IMG/VR virus record: IMGVR_UViG_3300047476_001426
Coordinates: 32,001 to 96,000 of that record
Direction: 5' to 3' (one strand)
Length of the DNA: 64,000 bases
From: a virus
In this document: in pieces, positions 31,220 through 39,703 of the stretch
Layout: the number at the start of each line of letters is the position of its first letter
Numbering within the stretch: position 1 is the first letter of the stretch
The notes under the pieces: generated by a model
The model's database searches: none
Told to the model about the DNA's origin: nothing
The model's input: the letters and a program-made list of their open reading frames with translations, nothing else
Program-made: the position numbers and the translations under genes

Positions 31220-32976
31220 AAATTTATCTTACTACCAACTAAGAAAAATGATAGAATTGGAAATTCAGGGTTTGTACTCATGTTCGCTTTATAGTTAACA
31301 TTTAACTTAAAACGCTTTGAGATTTGATAGTCAAAACCACTACCAATAAAACCACTCACATATCTATCAGTTATTGATACATTGTCTTTAGATGAATAAA
31401 CTAAGGGTGTTGAAATAACGTATAATTCGGGTGACACAATTAATTTTTTACCAACTTTAAATGGTCTTGTGTAAAAAGCGGTGATAGATGGTGAATAATA
31501 ACCATTCTTTTCTTCCGATATAATCGTTGCTGCTGCACTTACGTTAAAACCCGTAATACCATATTTCCCACCATTTAAAATACCACTATAACCAATAAAC
31601 CCTAAATAATTACCATAAGTGTAAACTCCTGTCAGGTTTATGTTATGAATGAACTTCAACTTTTTTGTTTTATTGTAATGTATTTTAGTATATTTTGTTG
31701 ACACAGCAAACTGTTTGAAATTTAACCAAACCATACCAGTTACACCATAACTTGATAAACCTGTCATTGACGATTTACTTGTTCCAATGTTTACTATTGG
31801 GGTGAAAGTTCTATTCAAATTTTGAGCGGAGGTAACATCAGAAGAAACAATGATAGGGTTAGACCTCGCACTACCCCCACCACCTGATTTACCTTTTCCA
31901 CCACTGTTTGAACCACCAGAACCACCGGCATTATTATCATTGTGAGCATCGTTGTTCATTTGTGTTGTTGCACCAACTTCTTCACCTTGTTGTTGGGTGT
32001 TGTTTTGATTATTATTTCCATTAGAGGTACCCGTTCCACCACTATTTGAGTTTCCTGAACCTCCGCTATTTCCTGTGGTAGTAGAACCTCCAGAACCCCC
32101 GTTATTACCTGAAGTTCCCGAACTTCCCGAACCATTATTTCCTGTGTTTGTTCCGTTGGTTGTTCCCGAACCACCTGTTGTGCTCGAACCATTTGAACCC
32201 CCGTTATTTGATGGAGACCCATTTCCGTTATTAGAACTACCTGTTGACCCTGAACCACCGTTGTTCGAACCAGAATTGTTTGATGGGGTTGACCCATTAG
32301 AGTTACCCGAACCTACAGATGGTTGAGTCGTTGAATTTCCCCCCTGAGTTGAGTTACCTGTACTTGATGACGTTCCTCCATTTGTTGAATTTCCACTTCC
32401 TTGAGTCGAGTTACTTCCTCCATTTGTTGAATTAGTTCCTGAATTCGATTGGGATTGTCCTCCATTTTGAGTTGTACTATTATTCGTAGTATTTGATTGA
32501 GATGAATTACTTCCATTTCCTTGATTATTATTGTTTTTCTTCTTATCAGAATTTTTATTATCCTTACCACCAGCATCACTACTACCCGAAGAACCAGTTT
32601 CTAAACTAGATGATTGTGCTTGACTACTTGACAATATCGAACTCACAACTGATTGAACCGTACTACCAATAATTTGTGCGGTTATTTGGTTTTGAGTTAC
32701 TTGACCCTGTTGTTGTGAACATGGGTTTGTTTGTCTGTATGTGGTATAAACCTGATTTACCCAATTGGAAAATGTTCCATTGGATAAATCGTTCGCGTCA
32801 AAACTACCAACATTATTTAAAAAAATAATCATCGTTTTACCCCCCTGTATTGGTACACTAAATATTGTGACTTCTTTTGTACAAGGGTCTATAAAAGTAT
32901 ACGTTGATACTTGTGCTTTCGATACATTATATACGAAAGTAAGAAAAAATGTTAATATTAATGTCTTAATGTTCAT
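31216..32976 (-). CDS. Secreted protein with G/S/N/T-rich linker and putative C-terminal beta-barrel
   Basis: Signal peptide; about 250-aa low-complexity linker; alternating-hydrophobic strands ending FFLVGSKINL. Confidence 0.6.
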   Translation of the reverse strand: MNIKTLILTFFLTFVYNVSKAQVSTYTFIDPCTKEVTIFSVPIQGGKTMIIFLNNVGSFDANDLSNGTFSNWVNQVYTTYRQTNPCSQQQGQVTQNQITAQIIGSTVQSVVSSILSSSQAQSSSLETGSSGSSDAGGKDNKNSDKKKNNNNQGNGSNSSQSNTTNNSTTQNGGQSQSNSGTNSTNGGSNSTQGSGNSTNGGTSSSTGNSTQGGNSTTQPSVGSGNSNGSTPSNNSGSNNGGSGSTGSSNNGNGSPSNNGGSNGSSTTGGSGTTNGTNTGNNGSGSSGTSGNNGGSGGSTTTGNSGGSGNSNSGGTGTSNGNNNQNNTQQQGEEVGATTQMNNDAHNDNNAGGSGGSNSGGKGKSGGGGSARSNPIIVSSDVTSAQNLNRTFTPIVNIGTSKSSMTGLSSYGVTGMVWLNFKQFAVSTKYTKIHYNKTKKLKFIHNINLTGVYTYGNYLGFIGYSGILNGGKYGITGFNVSAAATIISEEKNGYYSPSITAFYTRPFKVGKKLIVSPELYVISTPLVYSSKDNVSITDRYVSGFIGSGFDYQISKRFKLNVNYKANMSTNPEFPILSFFLVGSKINL

Positions 32977-32986
32977 GGTGTATATT

Positions 32987-33011
32987 AAAAAAGGGGTTTT
33001 ACCCCCTTTTT
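32987..33011. terminator. Bidirectional-looking intrinsic terminator
   Basis: AAAAAAGGGG-TTTTA-CCCCCTTTTT. Confidence 0.7.
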
Positions 33012-33035
33012 ATTAGTATTATCAAACATTATTAA

Positions 33036-33821
33036 TTATTTAGGGAATACACCCTTTTTTATCATTCTTAATAGAATTCTAGAACACGCAATATCTAATG
33101 CTTTTTTGGTGCTAATCCCTATTGTCGATTGATTAAATTTAACTTCACTTAAATTATCGTCATTTAGTAAACTTAATTCTCTAACGGTAACCGCTTCACC
33201 CAATCCACTAGCAGCAATTATTTGACCCGTTTCCGCATCGGTAAATCTAACTTGTAACCCTAATCTTGTAACAACAGTGTTTTTAACACCATTACTAAGA
33301 TTAACCGTCTCATCCTCACTCACTGAAAATTCATAAACTTCAATTGTAACAAAATAGTGTGCTAAACGTATTTTTCCTCTACCATCTAATGTGTCATAAC
33401 TAATACCCGCTTGAGAGGCTTGGTATTGTTTCACCATTCTATTTTTGATTTCGGTTTTGTCCTCAGTAAATGTGAATCTATTTAAATTCTCCAAATATTC
33501 TAATGTTATATTTGCCACACCTAAACCCACCTTCTTTTCTTTTAATTCAGGATATTGTTCGTATACCTCATCACTGATACCAATTTTTAAAATTTGTATT
33601 GGTATTTGGGGGCCATCGTAATCCATTAAAGAATCGATACTAACATTAGTCTCAAATGATGCTTTATATTGTTCTGTTTGAGTTTTACCAACAACCTGTG
33701 CACTTACAGTATTAGCAAAAACAAACATCAATACAAACCATAGTATTATCAGAATTACTGGTGATAATAGTTTTTCTATGACAAATTTTTTCATTTTACT
33801 CGGGGTCTTGTATTTTACCAC
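33036..33821 (-). CDS. CsgG/HfaB-like periplasmic or outer-membrane protein
   Basis: Signal peptide; LENLNRFTFTE, AHYFVTIEVYEF, LQVRFTDAETGQIIAASGLGEA resemble the CsgG fold. Confidence 0.6.
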   Translation of the reverse strand: MVKYKTPSKMKKFVIEKLLSPVILIILWFVLMFVFANTVSAQVVGKTQTEQYKASFETNVSIDSLMDYDGPQIPIQILKIGISDEVYEQYPELKEKKVGLGVANITLEYLENLNRFTFTEDKTEIKNRMVKQYQASQAGISYDTLDGRGKIRLAHYFVTIEVYEFSVSEDETVNLSNGVKNTVVTRLGLQVRFTDAETGQIIAASGLGEAVTVRELSLLNDDNLSEVKFNQSTIGISTKKALDIACSRILLRMIKKGVFPK

Positions 33822-34332
33822 ATTTTAAACATTCCAACTCACCGTCATTGTCTTGGTCGCCCCAAACATGTTCACATTGTCTATGTTCAAAATATTCATC
33901 AATTATACCGTCATTATCATAATCTAAACCATCCATAACACCATCACCATCTTCATCGATTTCAACACCGACCTTTGACGATGATTCTGTAATTACTTCA
34001 TTTTTAGTTTCATTGCTTGACGATTTCATGTCAGCAGTGTTTGAAAAAGAAACACCATCTTCCTCATCCATTTTTTGGACTAACATTTTATCCTTATCGG
34101 TATCACTGAACCAATAATCAATGATTTTACCATAAGAACCAATGAAAGCACCTAATAAAAGAAGTAGTAGTTCTTTCCATTCACCACCGATTTCATTTTT
34201 ACCTATAATCGCGGCGAAAATACCGGCCATAATAAACATAAAACCACCCAAGACGATAGCGGTAATAAACCACCTTCTTCTCATCATTGCGTTAAGAAGG
34301 TCTCTAAATCCGGTTGGTTGATTGTTTACCAT
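33796..34332 (-). CDS. Two-TM membrane protein with DxDxDG calcium-binding repeats
   Basis: Two hydrophobic helices; DEDGDG, DYDNDG, DQDNDG; terminal C..H/CxxC. Confidence 0.6.
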   Translation of the reverse strand: MVNNQPTGFRDLLNAMMRRRWFITAIVLGGFMFIMAGIFAAIIGKNEIGGEWKELLLLLLGAFIGSYGKIIDYWFSDTDKDKMLVQKMDEEDGVSFSNTADMKSSSNETKNEVITESSSKVGVEIDEDGDGVMDGLDYDNDGIIDEYFEHRQCEHVWGDQDNDGELECLKCGKIQDPE

Positions 34333-34667
34333 TGTGGCTCCTTTTCTTTAAATTCATCACCCTCTTTTTTAGGTTTTGCGGGTTCTGACTTAACCGGTTT
34401 TTCAACCACTCTTTCTTTTATTATGGTTGTGTTACCACCACCACTTGATGACGTATTCTTAGAAGAATTGTCAACATTCAAATTAATTACAGGTGCTGCT
34501 TGCTGTGTTTGAGTTGGTTCCTTTTCTTTGTCATCACCCCCACCAAATAAGGTGGTGGTAAAGTAAGTTCCACCCGCCATAACCGCAGTGGTAATAACCC
34601 CAATAATTGTTTTCTTAAGTCCTGACCATGTTCCGTCAGATTCTGGTACGTTTGTTTCTTCGCTCAT
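34326..34667 (-). CDS. Single-TM low-complexity protein
   Basis: One hydrophobic helix followed by a Thr/Gln/Lys/Pro-rich tail. Confidence 0.55.
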   Translation of the reverse strand: MSEETNVPESDGTWSGLKKTIIGVITTAVMAGGTYFTTTLFGGGDDKEKEPTQTQQAAPVINLNVDNSSKNTSSSGGGNTTIIKERVVEKPVKSEPAKPKKEGDEFKEKEPQW

Positions 34668-34671
34668 TGTT

Positions 34672-36585
34672 TTAAACTTTTACAAATTGTTTAGTTAATT
34701 GTTTATTATAATTATGCAAAACCAAGTAATAATTACCGGCTGCGGATGATGTCATATCGATTTGTTTATATGCAATTTTCTCTGATGAATTGGTTGTAAC
34801 AGAACCGATGTTTTTCACCAATTGACCTCTTACATCATAAATTGAACCGTTCATTTCCATGTTTGGATTTGGGAATCTAATTTCAATTTCAAACCATCCA
34901 CTTGTTGGGTTTGGTCTTATTGATGCTGTAATCTCATCAATTGATTGGTCTGTAGGTGGTGCCATTTTATACATGATAACCGCAACACTACTAACCAAAT
35001 CAATATTTAAATGGTCACCCTTCTCATCTGATGCATCCATTAATTGTCTCACATAAATGTTACTTACAATATCATTACCACCAATTGGTGAGAATTTAAG
35101 TTTAAATGGTGTTGATTGACCTATTAAACCATCTTTCATCTGATTGTTCATCCCACCGAATCTAATTGTACCATTAGAAGCATCGTGAGTAACATATTGT
35201 AACCATGGACCACCATTAAAATTTGATATAATCTCCTCAAACTTAACTTTAGTTTTATCGTATTTCATTTCAAACTGTAAACCATAATTGTTATCACCAT
35301 TTGTGTTAACATTGAATGGTACATATAATGGTTGACTTCCTGATGCTGAAGTATTAGGTATTTCAACATCTAATTTACCTTTAAACACCGCCTTAGCAAC
35401 TAATACCCCCGATGAGTTCCATACTCTTGATGAATACGTTCTGTCTACGTCACCTTGAATAAAGTACTTAATGTTTACTGTTTTATTAACTAAACCAACA
35501 CTATCCGTGATAAAATTGGTTGCGGTTAAATGGTTTGGCCAATCATTCCATTGAGTTGAACCTAAAACTAAAGAATCATAAACACTCGCGTGGAAAGTTC
35601 TAATCATTGTTGTGGTATCTATCTTTTTCATACCACTTACGTTCGCGTAAATTAGATATGGGTCACCACCATCCAATTTTCCGTTTTGGTTCATATCACC
35701 AATAAGGTATGCCAAACCATTTTTTAAGTATTGTTGTCCAAATCCTTGGTTAACGTCTGTAATTGTGTATTCATCATATGTCTTTACAGCGTCTGATATT
35801 GTAACCGCGTAATCTCTGAAGACTTCCATACTATCTGCTGGAAATCTAACCAATAATTTATATTTGGTATTTTTATCTACATTGTTTAATGAGTAGTTAC
35901 CAGCGGTGTCACATAAAGAAGATGAAACAAATGTGCCTGTATTATACTTTGTACATATTACTGTTGGTCTTCTACCGGCCAATTTCATTGTTGGAGGTAA
36001 TTCAACAACACCACTAATCACCAAGTTACCCAAAAGTTCAAGGTGCATATCTTGTACATTTAAGATTGCGATGTTATCACCAATTGTAGAACCGTCATAC
36101 TTAAACATTCTTGCCCAGTTAATTTCAACACTGTCAGCATCAAAGTTTGATTCTACGTCATTAATAATAAATTTGTTATGTATTAAAAATGTGTCTTGTG
36201 TTATTTGAGAACCACTTGAAAGTACCAAGAAATTTCTTGCCACAGTATAGTTGGTATCACTTGTGTATGAATACAAACCTGTACCTGAACTGTAACTTGA
36301 ATATTTGTAATTGTTAAAGAATTTTATCGAAAGTGCTGGAGTCATGGTACTCACAGTTGGGTCAACAGTAGTTGATACGTGAGTAAAAAGTTGTTTCCTA
36401 TATTGGAAATCAACTTGGAATGTTCTCACATCAACCGCGGATGCTGGTGTGTATTTAAACACAACATCTAAAGTATCACCTCTTTTGATAGTTTTATACG
36501 CAACGGGGTTACCTATTTCAGGTGTTTGTGAAAACGCCATTGTCGTGACAAATAAAGTAATTAGGGATAAAATTATTTTTTTCAT
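34672..36585 (-). CDS. T9SS-type cargo protein with cohesin-like and dockerin-like domains
   Basis: Signal peptide; cohesin-like FQVDFQY and LQFEMKYD...GTIRFGG; GDMNQNGKLDGGD; C-terminal IRPNPTSG..IYDVRGQLV..IDM...GNYYL..KQFVK (T9SS type A CTD). Confidence 0.8.
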   Translation of the reverse strand: MKKIILSLITLFVTTMAFSQTPEIGNPVAYKTIKRGDTLDVVFKYTPASAVDVRTFQVDFQYRKQLFTHVSTTVDPTVSTMTPALSIKFFNNYKYSSYSSGTGLYSYTSDTNYTVARNFLVLSSGSQITQDTFLIHNKFIINDVESNFDADSVEINWARMFKYDGSTIGDNIAILNVQDMHLELLGNLVISGVVELPPTMKLAGRRPTVICTKYNTGTFVSSSLCDTAGNYSLNNVDKNTKYKLLVRFPADSMEVFRDYAVTISDAVKTYDEYTITDVNQGFGQQYLKNGLAYLIGDMNQNGKLDGGDPYLIYANVSGMKKIDTTTMIRTFHASVYDSLVLGSTQWNDWPNHLTATNFITDSVGLVNKTVNIKYFIQGDVDRTYSSRVWNSSGVLVAKAVFKGKLDVEIPNTSASGSQPLYVPFNVNTNGDNNYGLQFEMKYDKTKVKFEEIISNFNGGPWLQYVTHDASNGTIRFGGMNNQMKDGLIGQSTPFKLKFSPIGGNDIVSNIYVRQLMDASDEKGDHLNIDLVSSVAVIMYKMAPPTDQSIDEITASIRPNPTSGWFEIEIRFPNPNMEMNGSIYDVRGQLVKNIGSVTTNSSEKIAYKQIDMTSSAAGNYYLVLHNYNKQLTKQFVKV

Positions 36586-37079
36586 AGTATTAATTTGTTA
36601 ATTAAGGTTTGAGTTGTTTTCTTTAATGCCGAACTAGCAGATTGTTGATTGAATTTACCACCCTCATCAATCATAATAGTTGAGGTTGAAATTTCAGTGG
36701 ATTTACCCTCTGAGAATTCCTGTTTAATTTTTTTATCACCTTTATATAGGACACCTTTCATTCTTATAACGGTAGTTGTCTTGTCTTCGTGAAAAATACT
36801 AACCCCCGAGTTAGTGGTTACAATATCAAAAAATATGAGCTCGACTTTAATTTTATAGTCCGCCTTATTTTTATCTGTAATCAGAATTAAACTGTCCTGT
36901 TCGTTTATGATTTCTTCTATTATATTTTTTACACCAAAAGCCAAATTTTTATTTTCGGTAAACGGACCAATCTTAATGTTGTTGATTACTGTGTCAACAA
37001 CAATAGTTTGTGCGTTCAGATTGGAAAACCCAAATGATATTAAAAAAAATAGTAATATGATTGGCAGTCTTGTCATCAC
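36582..37079 (-). CDS. Secreted protein, CsgG/LpoB-like fold candidate
   Basis: Signal peptide; LAFGVKNIIEE...KADYKIKVELIFF pattern similar to 33036-33821. Confidence 0.45.
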   Translation of the reverse strand: MMTRLPIILLFFLISFGFSNLNAQTIVVDTVINNIKIGPFTENKNLAFGVKNIIEEIINEQDSLILITDKNKADYKIKVELIFFDIVTTNSGVSIFHEDKTTTVIRMKGVLYKGDKKIKQEFSEGKSTEISTSTIMIDEGGKFNQQSASSALKKTTQTLINKLIL

Positions 37080-37116
37080 AAAAAAGAAAAAAACGGGGCA
37101 CTGAGCCCCGTATTAA

Positions 37117-37371
37117 TTACTCAGATACTGAATCGTCTGATTTTTTCTTATGTGAGAACTTGTCTAAAGTATCTGCACCCATTCCAATGGCAGTAATTAC
37201 CATTACCGCATTTACCAATTCTTCTGATGGTTTAATGTCACCATGTGTAAAAGAGTTTGCCATCATGGTTCCGCAAAGGAAAAGTGCACCTAATAGTGCG
37301 ATTACCGGTTTGATTGAAGTTGACCCTCTTTCATCTTTGAATAGGTCAATAATCCATTTTTTAAAGTTCAT
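37117..37371 (-). CDS. Small two-TM membrane protein (holin-like)
   Basis: 84 aa, two hydrophobic segments, charged C-terminus. Confidence 0.5.
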   Translation of the reverse strand: MNFKKWIIDLFKDERGSTSIKPVIALLGALFLCGTMMANSFTHGDIKPSEELVNAVMVITAIGMGADTLDKFSHKKKSDDSVSE

Positions 37372-37492
37372 AGTTGTAATTTAGTTTAGTTTTATTATTT
37401 GGTTTATTATAAATACCTCGGCAATCGAGATTGTCATATATATTATTTTAAAAAAAATTTTAACTTTTCTTGTTTTTTCGAATACTTATTAG

Positions 37493-37500
37493 TATCTTTG
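37493..37500 (+). promoter_or_regulatory. Bacteroidota sigma70 -7 element driving tRNA cluster 1
   Basis: TATCTTTG, 30 nt upstream of leader ORF 1. Confidence 0.75.
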
Positions 37501-37530
37501 TAAAAGATTTCAAAAATTAAATAAATTTCG

Positions 37531-37620
37531 ATGATACGTTCAACACATACAATGTCGTTTACAATCTGTTCAAAATGGGCGGAGGTAGCTGATATTTGCA
37601 TGTCCCGAGGTGTCTTCTAA
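37531..37620 (+). CDS. Leader peptide 1 (MIRSTHTMSFTICSKWAEVADICMSRGVF)
   Basis: 29-codon ORF between promoter and terminator; its 3' end carries a perfect antiterminator strand. Confidence 0.75.
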   Translation: MIRSTHTMSFTICSKWAEVADICMSRGVF

Positions 37621-37647
37621 GTTGTTTAATTTTAAAAACGATAAAAG

Positions 37648-37677
37648 AAACCTCGGGAGAAATCTCGAGGTTTTTTT
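37648..37677 (+). terminator. Attenuator terminator 1
   Basis: AAACCTCGGGA-GAAA-TCTCGAGGTTT followed by TTTT. Confidence 0.85.
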
Positions 37678-37684
37678 GTTTTAT

Positions 37685-37754
37685 GGGCCTGATGTCAACG
37701 GCAGACCGTCTGATTTGCAATCAGAACGATTGGGTTCGATTCCCACAGTGTCCA
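37685..37754 (+). tRNA. tRNA-Ala(TGC), irregular acceptor stem
   Basis: TCTGA-TTTGCAA-TCAGA anticodon arm, GGTTCGATTCC T arm, G3:U70-like pair; bulge in acceptor stem. Confidence 0.65.
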
Positions 37755-37760
37755 CAAAGA

Positions 37761-37783
37761 TGTTCTTTGACATATTGGTTTAA
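37761..37783 (+). promoter_or_regulatory. boxA-like antitermination element, copy 1
   Basis: TGTTCTTTGACATATTGGTTTAA, identical to 40682-40704. Confidence 0.6.
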
Positions 37784-37786
37784 TTT

Positions 37787-37860
37787 GGTACCGTAGCTCA
37801 GTTGGTAGAGCACCAGACTGAAAATCTGGGTTGTCACTGGTTCAAATCCAGTCGGTACCA
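37787..37860 (+). tRNA. tRNA-Phe(GAA)
   Basis: Full cloverleaf; CCAGA-CTGAAAA-TCTGG. Confidence 0.93.
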
Positions 37861-37962
37861 CATAGTGTTGGCTTCAAGTCCCATTAGGGAAGTACACTTA
37901 AATAAAACATACACGGGGAAAGTGTTGACTGCAGAAACAGCGAGTACCAACGAAGGGGTAAT

Positions 37963-38036
37963 GTCTTCGTAGCTCAGTTGGTTAGAGCACCTCACTTTTA
38001 ATGAGGGAGTCACGCGTTCGAGTCGCGTCGGGGACA
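37963..38036 (+). tRNA. tRNA-Lys(TTT)
   Basis: Full cloverleaf; CCTCA-CTTTTAA-TGAGG. Confidence 0.93.
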
Positions 38037-38178
38037 CAAAGGTTGATTGGGGAATGATTATGTCTATAGTTCGAGAGTGGATACTGACTGACATAATCGG
38101 AGTTTGGAGGTATTCACCGTAGTAATGCCAATCGTAAAAGGAGATGTCCACTGAACCATCTTCTCCTTTCCTTGACTT

Positions 38179-38252
38179 AGTTCCTTAGCTCAGTTGGTTA
38201 GAGCATCTGCCTTACATGCAGAGGGTCGTTGGTTCGAATCCGACAGGGACTA
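38179..38252 (+). tRNA. tRNA-Val(TAC)
   Basis: Full cloverleaf; TCTGC-CTTACAT-GCAGA. Confidence 0.93.
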
Positions 38253-38318
38253 CAATAAACTAAAAATTGCATCAATAAACAAGGTTAGTTTATCGTGGCA
38301 AAAACAAGTTTAATAAAC

Positions 38319-38389
38319 ACGGGTGTGGTGAAAGGGTATCATACCGGTCTCCAAAACCGTTGTTGGGAGTTCGAATCTCTCCACCCGTG
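38319..38389 (+). tRNA. tRNA-Trp(CCA)
   Basis: ACGGGTG/CACCCGT acceptor; CGGT-CTCCAAA-ACCG. Confidence 0.88.
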
Positions 38390-38410
38390 CAAACTTTAAA
38401 AATAAAAACA

Positions 38411-38842
38411 ATGAACAATCAAATAGGAATCGATGCCGCAAAAATAAAATTTGAGGCTGAGAAAATGAAACTAAAAGAAGAAAGGGAACGAAGGATTAAA
38501 GAGTTTTGGGAAAACGGTATACCCAAATTAAATAATCCTGAAGACGTACCAACACTTCCAAGGGTGGATGAAAAAGAATGGAAAGAATACTATGTACCAA
38601 GATTGATTGATGCTGGTGCAATCCCTAAAAAAGATTTAATCCATGGTCAGATTTATATCGGTGAACATAGAAATACAACCATAGCAAGATGGAATCAGGA
38701 AACAAACAAATTCGACCACATGAGATATAAGTTTGGTTGGGCGAAAGATGATTGTAACCATTTTGAAGATGATGATGGATTCGCATTGTTTGTCCCAATT
38801 AGATTAGGAACACAAGAAGAATGGGATGAAAGAATTAAATAA
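38411..38842 (+). CDS. Hypothetical protein in the tRNA array
   Basis: ATG at 38411 after an A-rich leader; 143 aa. Confidence 0.65.
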   Translation: MNNQIGIDAAKIKFEAEKMKLKEERERRIKEFWENGIPKLNNPEDVPTLPRVDEKEWKEYYVPRLIDAGAIPKKDLIHGQIYIGEHRNTTIARWNQETNKFDHMRYKFGWAKDDCNHFEDDDGFALFVPIRLGTQEEWDERIK

Positions 38843-38847
38843 ATGAT

Positions 38848-38921
38848 GCTCTCGTAGTTCAATGGATTAGAACATTTCACTACGGATGAAAGGGTTGGGA
38901 GTTCGAGTCTCTCCGAGAGTA
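38848..38921 (+). tRNA. tRNA-Arg(ACG)
   Basis: TTTCA-CTACGGA-TGAAA; full cloverleaf. Confidence 0.9.
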
Positions 38922-38926
38922 CAATA

Positions 38927-38998
38927 GGGTCAGTTTGGTCATGGAGGCCGGTTAGTCTGCAAAACTAACGGAGTTGGTTCGATTCCAACATTGACCTC
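38927..38998 (+). tRNA. tRNA-Cys(GCA)
   Basis: GTTAGT-CTGCAAA-ACTAAC; T arm GTTGG-TTCGATT-CCAAC; weak D arm. Confidence 0.8.
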
Positions 38999-39053
38999 AA
39001 TATAAGGTCTGAACCTAATAGTGGGGGATTATTAGGTGTGGACCTTATAATAT

Positions 39054-39128
39054 GGTAGATATAGTTCAGTTGGTTAGAACGTCTGATTGTGGTTCAGAAG
39101 GTCGTCGGTTCGAATCCGATTATTTACC
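39054..39128 (+). tRNA. tRNA-His(GTG)
   Basis: TCTGA-TTGTGGT-TCAGA; encoded G-1:C73. Confidence 0.92.
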
Positions 39129-39135
39129 CAAACAT

Positions 39136-39212
39136 TGGAATATAGCTCAATTGGTTAGAGCATTCGTCTGATACGCGAAAGGTTATAGGTTCGATTCCTA
39201 TTATTCCAACCA
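39136..39212 (+). tRNA. tRNA-Ile(GAT)
   Basis: TTCGT-CTGATAC-GCGAA; encoded CCA. Confidence 0.93.
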
Positions 39213-39217
39213 AACAT

Positions 39218-39291
39218 TGCGGGGTGGACTGGAGAGGTTCCAGCTCAGTCTCATAAGCTGAATGACGTGGGTTCGATTCCCACCCCCGCAA
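39218..39291 (+). tRNA. tRNA-Met(CAT), fMet-like body
   Basis: TGCGGGG/CCCCGCA acceptor; TCAGT-CTCATAA-GCTGA (lacks the three G-C pairs of classical initiators). Confidence 0.8.
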
Positions 39292-39460
39292 CTTTTTCAT
39301 TGAACATTTTGAAATATGGAATTTCATGTTTATATTTTAATTGTTCGTTTGTTCTTTGAAATAAAAATATGGATATAACTAGGGTCGAGCCAGATTTTGC
39401 CACGGTTATGTCAAGGGTTGGAAGGACCAGAGCTGGCCGTGACTACTCCAACCCACTATT

Positions 39461-39534
39461 GCCTCCTTAGCTCAGTTGGCCAGAGCGCCTCACTTGTAAT
39501 GAGGATGTCGTTGGTTCGAATCCGACAGGAGGCT
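39461..39534 (+). tRNA. tRNA-Thr(TGT)
   Basis: CCTCA-CTTGTAA-TGAGG. Confidence 0.93.
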
Positions 39535-39631
39535 CTGCAGGGTTTTCGGTGTAAAGGGTGTCAAAACCCACCTGAGCAAAACCTAACATATGTCCACTAT
39601 GTGTTAGGGTAATGTGGATAAAACCGAAATT

Positions 39632-39703
39632 GGTCTCATAGTTAAACGGCTATAATGCAGCCCTGTCACGGCTGAGTTCGGGGTTCGATTCCCCGTGGGA
39701 CCG
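39632..39703 (+). tRNA. tRNA-Asp(GTC)
   Basis: CAGCC-CTGTCAC-GGCTG. Confidence 0.93.

Noticed and set aside
28925-37371. Host chromosomal fragment or prophage boundary
   Set aside because: Base composition and gene packing are continuous with the flanking phage genes, a phage late-type motif lies upstream, and there is no integrase or att-like junction; a read-level check is still advisable.
39001-39050. Long hairpin between tRNA-Cys and tRNA-His as a separate ncRNA
   Set aside because: A simple stem-loop spacer (TATAAGGTC/GACCTTATA) with no further features; most likely a processing or stability element.
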